The position numbers were made by a program, and so were the translations under genes. Below, piece after piece: positions 39,792 to 48,762 of a DNA stretch of 53,159 nucleotides (within the stretch, counting starts at the first letter, position 1; every line of letters begins with the position of its first letter). A model generated the notes under the pieces. That model searched no databases. It saw only the letters and a list, made by a program, of their open reading frames with translations, and had not been told where the DNA came from. Origin of the DNA: an uncultured Bacilli bacterium (GTDB lineage: Bacteria; Bacillota_I; Bacilli_A; RF39; UBA660); assembly GCA_947625215.1 (NCBI GenBank), contig CANQNL010000003.1, forward strand, positions 1 to 53,159, read 5' to 3'.

Positions 39792-40568
39792 TTAGTTTAA
39801 TTTTTTCTGATAACTATGAGCAGTTTGTTTTTGTTTAATATCTAACTCATAAATTGCTTCGCAGATTTTATAATAATAAAAGGCTTTAATTTTATCATAA
39901 TTTCCTTCACCAATTGCCTCCTCTAAAAACTCTCTATATGGTTTATGTTCATATGCTTTAAGACAAACTGATGGAAGACCGACATTTAAAAATAGTTTAT
40001 TAATAAATCCTCTAATACTTCTTTTATTGCCATCAACAAACGGATGAACTTTAATTAAATTACATTTTAATTCGACGCATCTATCAATATATTCAAAAAT
40101 TTTACTGTAATCTTTTTTTACGTCTTCACCTAATTTAACAATATCACCAATTTCATAATCTAAATTATTAAGGCAATTTCTTATTTCATAATGAGGAATA
40201 ATATCTACAGCAATACCATTTAAATGAGCTGTAGCATTTCTAATTGTTCCGCCTACTTCTGGATAAGGTGCTTTCGAATATAATTTTCTATGAATTTCTA
40301 ATAAAGTATATACATCAAAACGATAGTTAATATCATCTGAATGTATATAATTATACATTTCTCTAAGTCCTTCTTTAGCAAATGGCTCATCATTATTTTC
40401 TAAACCACTTTCATTATCAATAAAATCATTAATCGCACTTTCTCTTATATCATCTAAATTTCTATATTCTTTATCTATTTTATAATACTCACTAATAAAG
40501 TCTTTAGATGAAATTTCATTATCATCATAAAGAATTTCTAATCTTTGTTTTTGAACATCAGCATTCAT
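39792..40568 (-). CDS. Fic family protein
   Basis: HPFVDGNKRSIR matches HPFxDGNxRxxR. Confidence 0.88.
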   Translation of the reverse strand: MNADVQKQRLEILYDDNEISSKDFISEYYKIDKEYRNLDDIRESAINDFIDNESGLENNDEPFAKEGLREMYNYIHSDDINYRFDVYTLLEIHRKLYSKAPYPEVGGTIRNATAHLNGIAVDIIPHYEIRNCLNNLDYEIGDIVKLGEDVKKDYSKIFEYIDRCVELKCNLIKVHPFVDGNKRSIRGFINKLFLNVGLPSVCLKAYEHKPYREFLEEAIGEGNYDKIKAFYYYKICEAIYELDIKQKQTAHSYQKKLN

Positions 40569-40646
40569 ATAATTTCCCCCTTTAATTCGGTGGTTATATT
40601 ATCAAAAAAATTAAAATTAGTCAAATTAAAAAGGCTTTTTAAGCCT

Positions 40647-41426
40647 TTATACTCCAACCGACATAGTTTCTGGCAAAGTCGAACCACCATCAATTACTAT
40701 TCCTTGACCGGTTATATAACTAGATTCTTCACTAGCTAAAAAAGCAGTTAAATTGCCAAGTTCTTCTATTGTTCCCAGTCTTTTCATTGGAATTCCTTGA
40801 GCAATACCATCTATAACGCCTTCTGGATTATTTGCATCAGTTTCTTTGGCTATGGCTTCAACCATCGGAGTCATAATATAACCCGGCATAATCGCATTTA
40901 CTCTAATGCCTTTTTCTACTAATTCAGCAGCTAATCCTTTAGTAAAACCAATTAATGCTGCCTTAGTTGTTGCATAAGCTACTTCTCCGCTATCAGCTAC
41001 CATTGGACCTGTTACACTCGATAAATTGATAATTGATCCTTTATCCATATAAGGTAAAGTTGCTTTAGTAACATTCCAAGTTCCTTTAATATTAACATCA
41101 AAATGGAAATCTCTAACATCATCTTCCATATCTTCAAAAGTTTCCAATTGGCATACACCGGCATTGTTAACTAAAATATCAATATTTCCATATTTATTAT
41201 ATATTTCAGTTATATATTCATTTACTTTTTCTTTATTACGAATATCGACTTTATACCCAACTACTTCATAGTTTTCACTTTGAAGTTCTTCAGTAGTATC
41301 ATTTACCTTATCATTATAATCTAAAATTGCCACTTTAGCGCCTTCTTTCAAAAACACTTTGACAATTCCTAAACCATTCCCCATCGCACCCCCAGTTACA
41401 ACTGCTACTTTATCTTTTAATTTCAT
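40647..41426 (-). CDS. ucpA: SDR oxidoreductase, UcpA-like
   Basis: TGGAMGNG, NNAG, YATTK and the C-terminal IDGGSTLPETMSVGV typical of UcpA. Confidence 0.85.
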   Translation of the reverse strand: MKLKDKVAVVTGGAMGNGLGIVKVFLKEGAKVAILDYNDKVNDTTEELQSENYEVVGYKVDIRNKEKVNEYITEIYNKYGNIDILVNNAGVCQLETFEDMEDDVRDFHFDVNIKGTWNVTKATLPYMDKGSIINLSSVTGPMVADSGEVAYATTKAALIGFTKGLAAELVEKGIRVNAIMPGYIMTPMVEAIAKETDANNPEGVIDGIAQGIPMKRLGTIEELGNLTAFLASEESSYITGQGIVIDGGSTLPETMSVGV

Positions 41427-41430
41427 ATTA

Positions 41431-42000
41431 TCACCTTTCCTTTAATACTTCTACTTCATCATCATCTTTTAGTAAAAAAGCATTGCCATCATCGGTATCT
41501 AAATGGAGTCTCAAAGAAGCATCATCTAATATTTTTAAATACACATTTTTTAATATACCCGGTTTTTCACTATTTACTCTTATACATACTTTATCAGTAT
41601 TTTCTAGGCCATATTTTTTAACATCAAGAGGAGTTAAATGGATATGACGATTAGCCATAATTAAACCTTCTTCTAAAAATACTTCTCCAAGCGGTCCAAT
41701 TAAAGTAATTGGAAGACTACCAGTAACATCACCAGAGGTTCTAATTGGTGGATTTACTTTCAACTTGAATGCATCAGTTTTTGATATTTCAATTTGATTA
41801 TAGGAACGAAAAGGTCCTAAAATACGCACATTAGGAATCTCTCCTTTTTCCGTTTTTATCGTTACTGTACTAGTACTAGCGAACTGCGTAGGTTGATCTA
41901 AATCACGCAATTTTTCTAATTTATCATTTCCAAATAATTTCATATAAGTTTCTTTAGTTAAATGAATATGCCTAGCTGAAATACCAACTTTAACTTTCAT
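41431..42000 (-). CDS. pduL: Phosphate propanoyltransferase PduL
   Basis: VGISARHIHL, RILGPFR..QIEISKTDA, NRHIH and LHLDTDDGNA. Confidence 0.92.
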   Translation of the reverse strand: MKVKVGISARHIHLTKETYMKLFGNDKLEKLRDLDQPTQFASTSTVTIKTEKGEIPNVRILGPFRSYNQIEISKTDAFKLKVNPPIRTSGDVTGSLPITLIGPLGEVFLEEGLIMANRHIHLTPLDVKKYGLENTDKVCIRVNSEKPGILKNVYLKILDDASLRLHLDTDDGNAFLLKDDDEVEVLKER

Positions 42001-42078
42001 TCTATCACCCCTTATTATTAATAATTATATCATATTTGATGGTCCTATTAAATATATTTCTATAGAAAGGATGATTGA

Positions 42079-42453
42079 ATGAACAATAATTTTGTAAACC
42101 CTAGTACTTTTCCAGGTACTCCATTATATACTGGTGGTACGGCGGTTCCCAATCAAGATACGGCTCAAAATTATCAAACAGTTATGTCTGATACTGAGTT
42201 TGAGCAATCCTATATTGAAAACATTTTAAGATTAAATCGAGGTAAACAGGTAGAAGTATATGCATCATACCCAGATAGTACTGAATGGCGTGATAAAGTT
42301 TTTAAAGGAATTATTGAGCAGTCTGGCCGTGATCATATTATTTTAAGTGATCCAGCTACCGGTAATTGGTATTTAATTTTGATGATTTATGTTAATTACA
42401 TAAAATTTAATGAACGCATTATTTCAAGTTCAGAATTTTATCCAAATAATTGA
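42079..42453 (+). CDS. gerQ: Spore coat protein GerQ
   Basis: EQSYIENILRLNRGK...FKGIIEQSGRDHIILSDPATG.WYL.LMIY. Confidence 0.9.
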   Translation: MNNNFVNPSTFPGTPLYTGGTAVPNQDTAQNYQTVMSDTEFEQSYIENILRLNRGKQVEVYASYPDSTEWRDKVFKGIIEQSGRDHIILSDPATGNWYLILMIYVNYIKFNERIISSSEFYPNN

Positions 42454-42495
42454 AATAGATAAAGATATTTGCTATAATGATAATAGGTGATTAGT

Positions 42496-43041
42496 ATGAC
42501 AATATTATTCATTGTATTAGCAAGTCTTTTTATTTTATTTATTATAATAATATTAATTGCAAATACTTATAACAATTTCCAAAATTATATTATTAGAATA
42601 AATGAAGCAGAAGCAAATATTGATTCTACTCTTAGAAACAGATTCGATTTACTTAATAAATCAATTGATATTATTAAGGCTAACACCGAAATAGAAGGCG
42701 AAATTTTTAAAAGTGTTATTAAACTTCGTTCACAAAAACTTTCTAACTTTGATTTAGACCGCGAATTATATGAAGGAATTAAAGAATTTAATAAACATAA
42801 AGAAGAACATCCTGAGCTTAGAAAAAGTGAAGTATTTACAAAAATCGATATTTCTTTAAATGAATCAGAAACAGAAATTGTCGCTTTTAGAAAATATTAT
42901 AATGATATTATTACAAACTATAATAAATTAGTTAGAAGATTTCCTTCTAATCTTATTGCTTTATGTTTCAAATTTAAAACTAAACCATATTTCGATGGTA
43001 AAAATATGGAAGATGATGATACTAAAGATTTTAAACTATAA
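42496..43041 (+). CDS. LemA family protein
   Basis: N-terminal TM helix, EAEANID..L..RFDL, PELRKSE and RKYYN....YNKLVRRFPSNLIA. Confidence 0.88.
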   Translation: MTILFIVLASLFILFIIIILIANTYNNFQNYIIRINEAEANIDSTLRNRFDLLNKSIDIIKANTEIEGEIFKSVIKLRSQKLSNFDLDRELYEGIKEFNKHKEEHPELRKSEVFTKIDISLNESETEIVAFRKYYNDIITNYNKLVRRFPSNLIALCFKFKTKPYFDGKNMEDDDTKDFKL

Positions 43042-43057
43042 AAAAAGATATACTTTG

Positions 43058-43654
43058 TTATATCTTTTTTAGTACTTTAATTTTTCCTTTAACTAAATAT
43101 TCTAATGAACTTTCATCACATTTATTAAAATCAGGATTCCAATAATTATGTGCCATTTCTAAACTCTCGTTGTAGCTAATTCCAATACTAGGAAGAAAAT
43201 CAGCACTTGATACAAACATTGTTCCCGACACTGCCACTTTAAGTAACTCTCTATCACCTGGCAAATCTTTTTTCCAAGTTATTATTTGTGGTTCATCACA
43301 AACCCAAATAGCTTCTCTACGACTAATTTTATTGGGATAATATTCTCTTCTTACTTCTTCTAAAGCATTTTCTCTCTGACAAATAAGTAGATTATGAATA
43401 TATATATCGGAATACTCAAGCAATATATCAATTGTATTATCATCTGGTTTACTTTTTCTATAATGTCTTATTATTTGATAAAATGGTAAATATTCATTAT
43501 CAAATTGTTCTAAATAAGATGTATTATTTCCTGAACTTGTATAGTTACTTAAAAAATCTTTTGAAGTATTATCAATAGTGCTACCTTCAACCCATAACTC
43601 TGGATAAATATTAAGTCTATGTAAATGATACATTGTTTTATTATTAACTTCCAT
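43058..43654 (-). CDS. Hypothetical protein, DUF2441-like
   Basis: RENALEEVRREYYPNKISRREAIWVC...AHNYW...EYLVKG pattern. Confidence 0.6.
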   Translation of the reverse strand: MEVNNKTMYHLHRLNIYPELWVEGSTIDNTSKDFLSNYTSSGNNTSYLEQFDNEYLPFYQIIRHYRKSKPDDNTIDILLEYSDIYIHNLLICQRENALEEVRREYYPNKISRREAIWVCDEPQIITWKKDLPGDRELLKVAVSGTMFVSSADFLPSIGISYNESLEMAHNYWNPDFNKCDESSLEYLVKGKIKVLKKI

Positions 43655-43746
43655 AAAAGGTCCCCCTTTTTAACCGAAAATATTTTATCATATAATCGAT
43701 AAATGTCAAACTAAAGATTATATAAAATTATATTTATTAAAAAATT

Positions 43747-43778
43747 AATCATATGAAACTATTATATTTCATATGATT
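43747..43778. terminator. Hairpin terminator downstream of the P5 / orphan Hint cassette
   Basis: 12-bp perfect stem AATCATATGAAA / TTTCATATGATT. Confidence 0.65.
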
Positions 43779-43793
43779 TTCTTTGAATATTAA

Positions 43794-43967
43794 TTATGGA
43801 TAATTATTACAAGGTCCAAACGCATAGTTATGAACTAAAAGGCCATAAAAACTTACATAATAATTTTGATTATCTTCTACTGATATATTATATACTGATA
43901 TTGTTTTAACCCTATTTACTTGTTTATTTGTTATTGTAACTTCATCATTGTCACGTTTTTTACTCAT
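43794..43967 (-). other. Orphan Hint C-terminal fragment plus tail (57-codon ORF, absent from the ORF track)
   Basis: Hand translation MSKKRDNDEVTITNKQVNRVKTISVYNISVEDNQNYYVSFYGLLVHN-YAFGPCNNYP*; same frame as P5, 54 nt after its stop. Confidence 0.85.
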
Positions 43968-44021
43968 ACCGCATCAACCAGCCCACGTCTCCTATGGATT
44001 ACCTTAACCAGATATAACTTA

Positions 44022-45023
44022 CTAGCACCAGCTCGGATTCGCCGTCACCTGATTAATACCATCCGACACAGTAGTAGTACATCCCACACCCACCTTGCAA
44101 GGGGACGATGGGGTAGTAACAGAAACCGACGTCGAATGTACTTGGCCAGATCCCACAGAAGCAGGATAACAAACATATGAACAAGTATAAGTACCATCTG
44201 CACAGCCAGTTGGAAATGTTATTGTCATTATCCGACCTGAACCAAAGCTAGTAGATGTAGATGGTAAAGCATTAGTACTAACAGGTTTCATATCTGATTC
44301 TACTACTTTGCTTCCTTTTGTTACTTTAACTTGAATATTGTGAGAAGTATTATGAGTTATTTGATCAAAGGTATATACATTATTAGTGGGGTCATCATTA
44401 CTTACGTATTCTTCAGTATCTTTTTTAAATTCATATGTCGCACCTCTAACTACTGGTGCAGTTACAGTTATTGCTCTTGTTGTTGATTCTGTCTCAAAAT
44501 CTATTGCCTCTGGCATTCCTGTTCCTTCTTGGATATAATTTAAAGTTATAGTTACTTCCGCTTTTAAATTATCAGGTTGCGTTGTGACTTCATCACTATA
44601 TGTTACTTTTACGCTTAAGGTTGCCGTACTACTAGGATTTAATTTATCCCCTTCAGCTATTCCTGAAGTTGCTATTTTTATATTTTCATTTGTGTTTTCA
44701 CTAACATCAATACTATCTAACTCAGCATTGATATTTCCTTTATTTTCAACAGTTATATCATAAGTTATAGAATCTCCAGGGCTTACTAAATTAGCTTTAA
44801 AGGTAGCAGATAGGTCATCTACTACTTGGGACTCTTCATCAGAAGCTTTTCCTACTATATCTTTACTAGTAATTCCAGTTATCTTTATATCCCAGTTACT
44901 ACTAATTGATGTTGTTCCGTTTATAGTTAAAAGTGTATTGAAAGCAGCATATCCGATAGTCATTAATAATAGTACTCCGCATAATGAATATATTATTATA
45001 TTTCTCTTTCTTTTTTCACTCAT
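44022..45023 (-). CDS. Family member P5: P2-type constant region with a different variable domain, ending at Cys
   Basis: First 255 codons are near-identical to P2; ends VSDGINQVTANPSWC*. Confidence 0.88.
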   Translation of the reverse strand: MSEKRKRNIIIYSLCGVLLLMTIGYAAFNTLLTINGTTSISSNWDIKITGITSKDIVGKASDEESQVVDDLSATFKANLVSPGDSITYDITVENKGNINAELDSIDVSENTNENIKIATSGIAEGDKLNPSSTATLSVKVTYSDEVTTQPDNLKAEVTITLNYIQEGTGMPEAIDFETESTTRAITVTAPVVRGATYEFKKDTEEYVSNDDPTNNVYTFDQITHNTSHNIQVKVTKGSKVVESDMKPVSTNALPSTSTSFGSGRIMTITFPTGCADGTYTCSYVCYPASVGSGQVHSTSVSVTTPSSPCKVGVGCTTTVSDGINQVTANPSWC

Positions 45024-45057
45024 ACATTTTTCTCCTTACCTAGTTTATTCTATAAAT

Positions 45058-45088
45058 ATTATACCCCCCCCCCCCAGGTTTTTGGCAA
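45058..45088 (-). promoter_or_regulatory. Poly-G (G12) spacer promoter of P5
   Basis: Minus strand TTGCCA-AAAACCT-G12-TATAAT; spacer 19 nt. Confidence 0.85.
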
Positions 45089-45244
45089 GTATTTTTAAGG
45101 AAAAAAATGATATTTTTCTATTTCTAAATTTAGTTTTACCTATATTTCTTATTTTATACCTTGGTATGGGTAATACAAATGCCTTATTATAATAATATCA
45201 CGCATAATGCTAATTAGTAAATATGAACAAAACCAAAATAAATT

Positions 45245-45598
45245 TTGACTGCCTTACTTCACAGTAAGGCATTTCTACTTCACCGAAACTACTGCTCTCC
45301 ATAGACCAATTTCCGATGGTCACCACCGTATTTGTATTTTTTTAGTCAAAAATTTATTGGTTATTAAACGTTTATTGTTCTAATATATTGTTTTAATCAT
45401 TCAAATAATATATTCTCAGCGCATTATAATCTCTATCGTGTATTGTAGACATTCACACTTTCTTATACTTAAATCTTTTATCTCCTTATTTTGAATTACA
45501 TCTACTACATATCTGACTACTTGGATAGTATCTATCTATTTTGATTAATTTTTCTGTTTATCATTAGGATACATCCTAAATACATAAGCTTTATACAT
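45245..45598 (-). mobile_element. Internally deleted IS200/IS605-family tnpB remnant with right end / omega-RNA region
   Basis: RBS AGGGGG followed by MYKAYVFRMYPNDKQK (TnpB N-terminal HTH), then frameshifted YPSSQICSRC, KDLSIRK and HDRDYNA (Zn ribbon / RuvC-III). The 3' tail ACGGTGGTGACCATCGG..TGGAGA..TCGGTGAAGTAGAAA leads to a 9-bp hairpin TGCCTTACT/AGTAAGGCA and terminal TCAA. Left end not defined. Confidence 0.82.
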
Positions 45599-45696
45599 AA
45601 TTATCCCCCTATCTTTGTTAATTCAAGTGTAATATATCTTTGGACATTTGTTCAATAGATTTTTAATATTTTCTTTAAAAGTGCACTTCCCTTATA

Positions 45697-45823
45697 CATA
45701 ATAAAAACGCACCATATTTTTACTTATAAAAAGCAGAATATAATTAAGTAAAAAATGACTTGGTGCGTATATGGAGCCTAAGCCCCTTTAGATAAGCTTT
45801 ACTTACCTAAAGGAGCCTGGGCT
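45697..45823. repeat. 127-bp double-hairpin element, copy B (downstream of P6)
   Basis: Matches 25939-26065 with 2 mismatches; abuts the P6 stop codon. Confidence 0.9.
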
Positions 45824-46863
45824 TAGTAATACAAACACGGTGTAGATGAGTTAGATGAACAAGAATTAGTTACTGTATTATATCCATCACTAACACTTGT
45901 TGAAGTAATAGTACTACCACCAGTCATATAAGTATCGCATGAACATAAGCCAGCATTACATACAGAAGAACAATTACTACAACCAGAAACACTCAAACTA
46001 CAGGTTAATCCATTTGAACATCCTTCAGGAAAACTAGCCTGGCCACCAACAGGTACTCTAGAAGCTGAACACCCAGTTGTATTTTCAAGTAATAAAGTAC
46101 TAACAGGTTTAACTTCTGATTCTATCTCTTTTCCATCTTTTGTTGTTAGTTTAACTTGAATATTATGTTCCGTATTATGCGTTATTTGGTCAAAGATGTG
46201 CGTAGAACTATCTTCAACATAATCTGCTGTATCTAATTTATATTCATATTTTGTTATTTCTGCCCTTGGTTCTATTTTTGGTGTTACCGTTATTGACCTA
46301 GTTGTTGATACTGTTTCAAAATCTACTATAGGATCTGGGTCTGGTATTACCTCTCCTTTTCCTAATTGTTCAAAGGTAAAGCTTATCTTTACTTCACTAC
46401 TTCCTATTTCTGGTACGCCGTTAAAATCTGGATTATATTCGATTTTTACTTTGATTATTTTTACCCCTTTACTTGATAATGTCTCTCCCTTTTCATATCC
46501 ACTTGTTGTTATTTTTATAGCATCGTGATTACTTACAGTTGTCTGTTCAACATTTGTAAGTACAGCATCCAATGTTCCTTTATTTTCGATAGTTACATCG
46601 TATTCTATGGAATCCCCTTTTTGATATAAGTTAGCTTCCATACTGGCCGTTAATTCTGACCAAACTGGATTATTTACTTCTTCGGCCATATTAGTTATAT
46701 TAGTTCTTTCTACATTAGTTATTTTTATTTCCCAGTTACTTGTTATACTAGTTGTTCCATTTATATCAAGGAGTGTATTAAAAGCGGCATACCCTACAGT
46801 CATAAAGAGTAATACTCCGCATAGCTAGCATATTATTATATTTCTTCTTTTGCGTTCACTCAT
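45823..46863 (-). pseudogene. Family member P6: P4-type constant region with an in-frame TAG at codon 13 and a Cys/Ser-rich variable tip
   Basis: ATG at 46863 with the family RBS. Codon 13 is TAG (46825-27) where P4 has TCG; the remainder is open to PCLYY*. Confidence 0.85.
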
Positions 46864-46897
46864 ACATTCTTCTCCTTACCTAGTTTACTCTAAGTAT

Positions 46898-46928
46898 ATT
46901 ATACCCCCCCCCCCCAGGTTCTTGACAA
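46898..46928 (-). promoter_or_regulatory. Poly-G (G12) spacer promoter of P6
   Basis: Minus strand TTGTCA-AGAACCT-G12-TATAAT; spacer 19 nt. Confidence 0.85.
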
Positions 46929-47003
46929 GTATTTTTGGGGTATTTTGTGAAAATTTTGCAATATAAAAACAAGCACGTTCAAATATGCTTGCTTTTATAT
47001 ATT

Positions 47004-48017
47004 CTATTTATTTGGATCTACTAATATTTTGACAGCTGGGTCAGTTCCAGAAGTTAATCTCTCATAAGAATGTTGTACTTCTTCTAAACTAACAATATCA
47101 TCGATAAATTTAGTTACATCTATCTGCTTTTTAGCCATTAAATTTATACAAGTTTCAAATTCTAATTTAGTATAAGCAATTGCTCCCTGAACTGTAAGTT
47201 CGTGCATAACAGCAATAACAGTTGGAATAGTAATAGGTTCTGATGATACACCAACTAAAACTACTGTTCCTCCTGGTTTAGTAAGCATTAAAGCCGAAGT
47301 TACAGCTGGTGCATTACCGCAGCATTCAATAACAGCATCAAATTTAGCAGATAATTTTTCTGTTAATTTAGCATTTTTAGCATCTATCCATTCATCGGCA
47401 ACTCCTAAATCTACGGCTTTCTTTCCTCTCGCTTCATTGGTTTCTGATACAACGACATAACTAGCGCCTTCCATTTTGGCAAACATTGCTGAAACAAGAC
47501 CAATTATACCGCCTCCAATAACTAATACTTTTTGTCCCATTTTAATATCAGCTAAATGTGCGGCGTGAAGACCAACTGCGGTAGGTTCTACCATCGCAAC
47601 TTCTTCATCACTAACACTATCTGGTACTTTAAAAACCATATCAGGTCTAAGAGCCATTTTAGGCGCAAGTCCTCCTGGATTATCTAATGATAACCCGGTG
47701 GCATTATTCCAAGTTTCTAGACAATATTGAACATTACCACTTTCACAGGCTTCACAATGCCCACAAGGTGAAATTGGTAAGGCGGTTACTCTATCTCCTA
47801 CTTTTAAATCTTTTCTACTACCAGGATCGGTTACCACTCCACAATATTCGTGCCCCATAACTAAACCTTGGGGTGCGCCACCTACCCAATAATGTAAATC
47901 AGAACCACAAATTCCACATTTTTTAACGTCAACGATTACACTTCCATTTTTTGAAACAGGTGGTTCTATTTCCTTAATTTCAAATTCTTTTACTCCTTTA
48001 ATTGCTACTGCTTTCAT
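47004..48017 (-). CDS. Zn-dependent medium-chain alcohol dehydrogenase
   Basis: CGICGSDLH, GHEY.G, CGHCEAC..C, VEP.AV and GGGIIG. Confidence 0.92.
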   Translation of the reverse strand: MKAVAIKGVKEFEIKEIEPPVSKNGSVIVDVKKCGICGSDLHYWVGGAPQGLVMGHEYCGVVTDPGSRKDLKVGDRVTALPISPCGHCEACESGNVQYCLETWNNATGLSLDNPGGLAPKMALRPDMVFKVPDSVSDEEVAMVEPTAVGLHAAHLADIKMGQKVLVIGGGIIGLVSAMFAKMEGASYVVVSETNEARGKKAVDLGVADEWIDAKNAKLTEKLSAKFDAVIECCGNAPAVTSALMLTKPGGTVVLVGVSSEPITIPTVIAVMHELTVQGAIAYTKLEFETCINLMAKKQIDVTKFIDDIVSLEEVQHSYERLTSGTDPAVKILVDPNK

Positions 48018-48460
48018 TTTTTCCTCCCCTTTTTCTTCTTATTTTTTCTTCGTCTTATTATTTTTAAGATTATGTAAAATAGTATAAGTGTTCCTAAGAC
48101 AAATATACCATACATTATATGGTCGCTAGTTAATTCAATTTTTTTAGTTTTCTTTTCTTCTTCATCAGCAGGGACTTTAATAACATATTCGCCATCTCTA
48201 GTATATAAATAATTTTCTCTAGCGTACCTAGCTACATAATCTTTATCTTGAAGTTTATTTATTTCTGTTTTTAAGTCCTCCGATTTGCCTTTTAAATCAT
48301 TTAATTCCTCTTTTAAACTAGCTTCTTCGTGGTGTAGTTTATAAATAGAATTAACGGTGGCAACTAAGGTAAAAGCACAATACCCAATTGCTATAATAAC
48401 AATTGGGGTAATTACAGTAAGTCTTCTTTTAGCAGTTTTAGTTACCTTTTTATTAGCCAT
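48014..48460 (-). CDS. divIC: Septum formation initiator DivIC/FtsB-like, with an extra C-terminal TM helix
   Basis: TM helix, coiled coil and YVARYARENYLY..GE; follows yabP-yabQ as in Bacilli. Confidence 0.82.
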   Translation of the reverse strand: MANKKVTKTAKRRLTVITPIVIIAIGYCAFTLVATVNSIYKLHHEEASLKEELNDLKGKSEDLKTEINKLQDKDYVARYARENYLYTRDGEYVIKVPADEEEKKTKKIELTSDHIMYGIFVLGTLILFYIILKIIRRRKNKKKKGRKK

Positions 48461-48489
48461 TTTCTATCACCACTACTATAAAAAGTATA

Positions 48490-48762
48490 TCATTTTTTAA
48501 AATGTTTGGCAATTACTTGTTCAAGATAATAGCCCCCTATTAACATTATTAAACAGTAGGGATGAAAAACTGCATTATTTATTTCTTTAAGCAAAATGAA
48601 ATATATAAGCACACTTATTAAAACAACTAAAAAAGTCCCTAAGAATTTAATCCATTTTTTACTATTATAAATTATTTTATGATTAACATTTATAAATAAG
48701 GAAAAAAAGATTCCATATAAAAAAGAAAAAAGTAATGCAAAAATTTGAGTTTTTAGATCCAT
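48490..48762 (-). CDS. yabQ: Spore cortex protein YabQ-like (short)
   Basis: Hydrophobic 90-aa protein with a QIFALLFSFLYG start, located between yabP and divIC. Confidence 0.7.
   Translation of the reverse strand: MDLKTQIFALLFSFLYGIFFSLFINVNHKIIYNSKKWIKFLGTFLVVLISVLIYFILLKEINNAVFHPYCLIMLIGGYYLEQVIAKHFKK

Noticed and set aside
39792-43654. Fic gene and DUF2441-like gene as parts of a prophage or defence island
   Set aside because: They are isolated among housekeeping genes, with no phage, integrase or partner genes nearby.
25939-45823. 127-bp hairpin repeats as CRISPR repeats or integron attC sites
   Set aside because: Only two copies 20 kb apart, with no spacers, cas genes, integrase or RYYYAAC/GTTRRRY boxes that I could identify.
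44022-46827. TAG recoding / read-through explaining the P5 and P6 stops
   Set aside because: TAG terminates several ordinary genes here, and P5's TAG is followed at once by TAA and further stops. The simplest reading is standard code 11.
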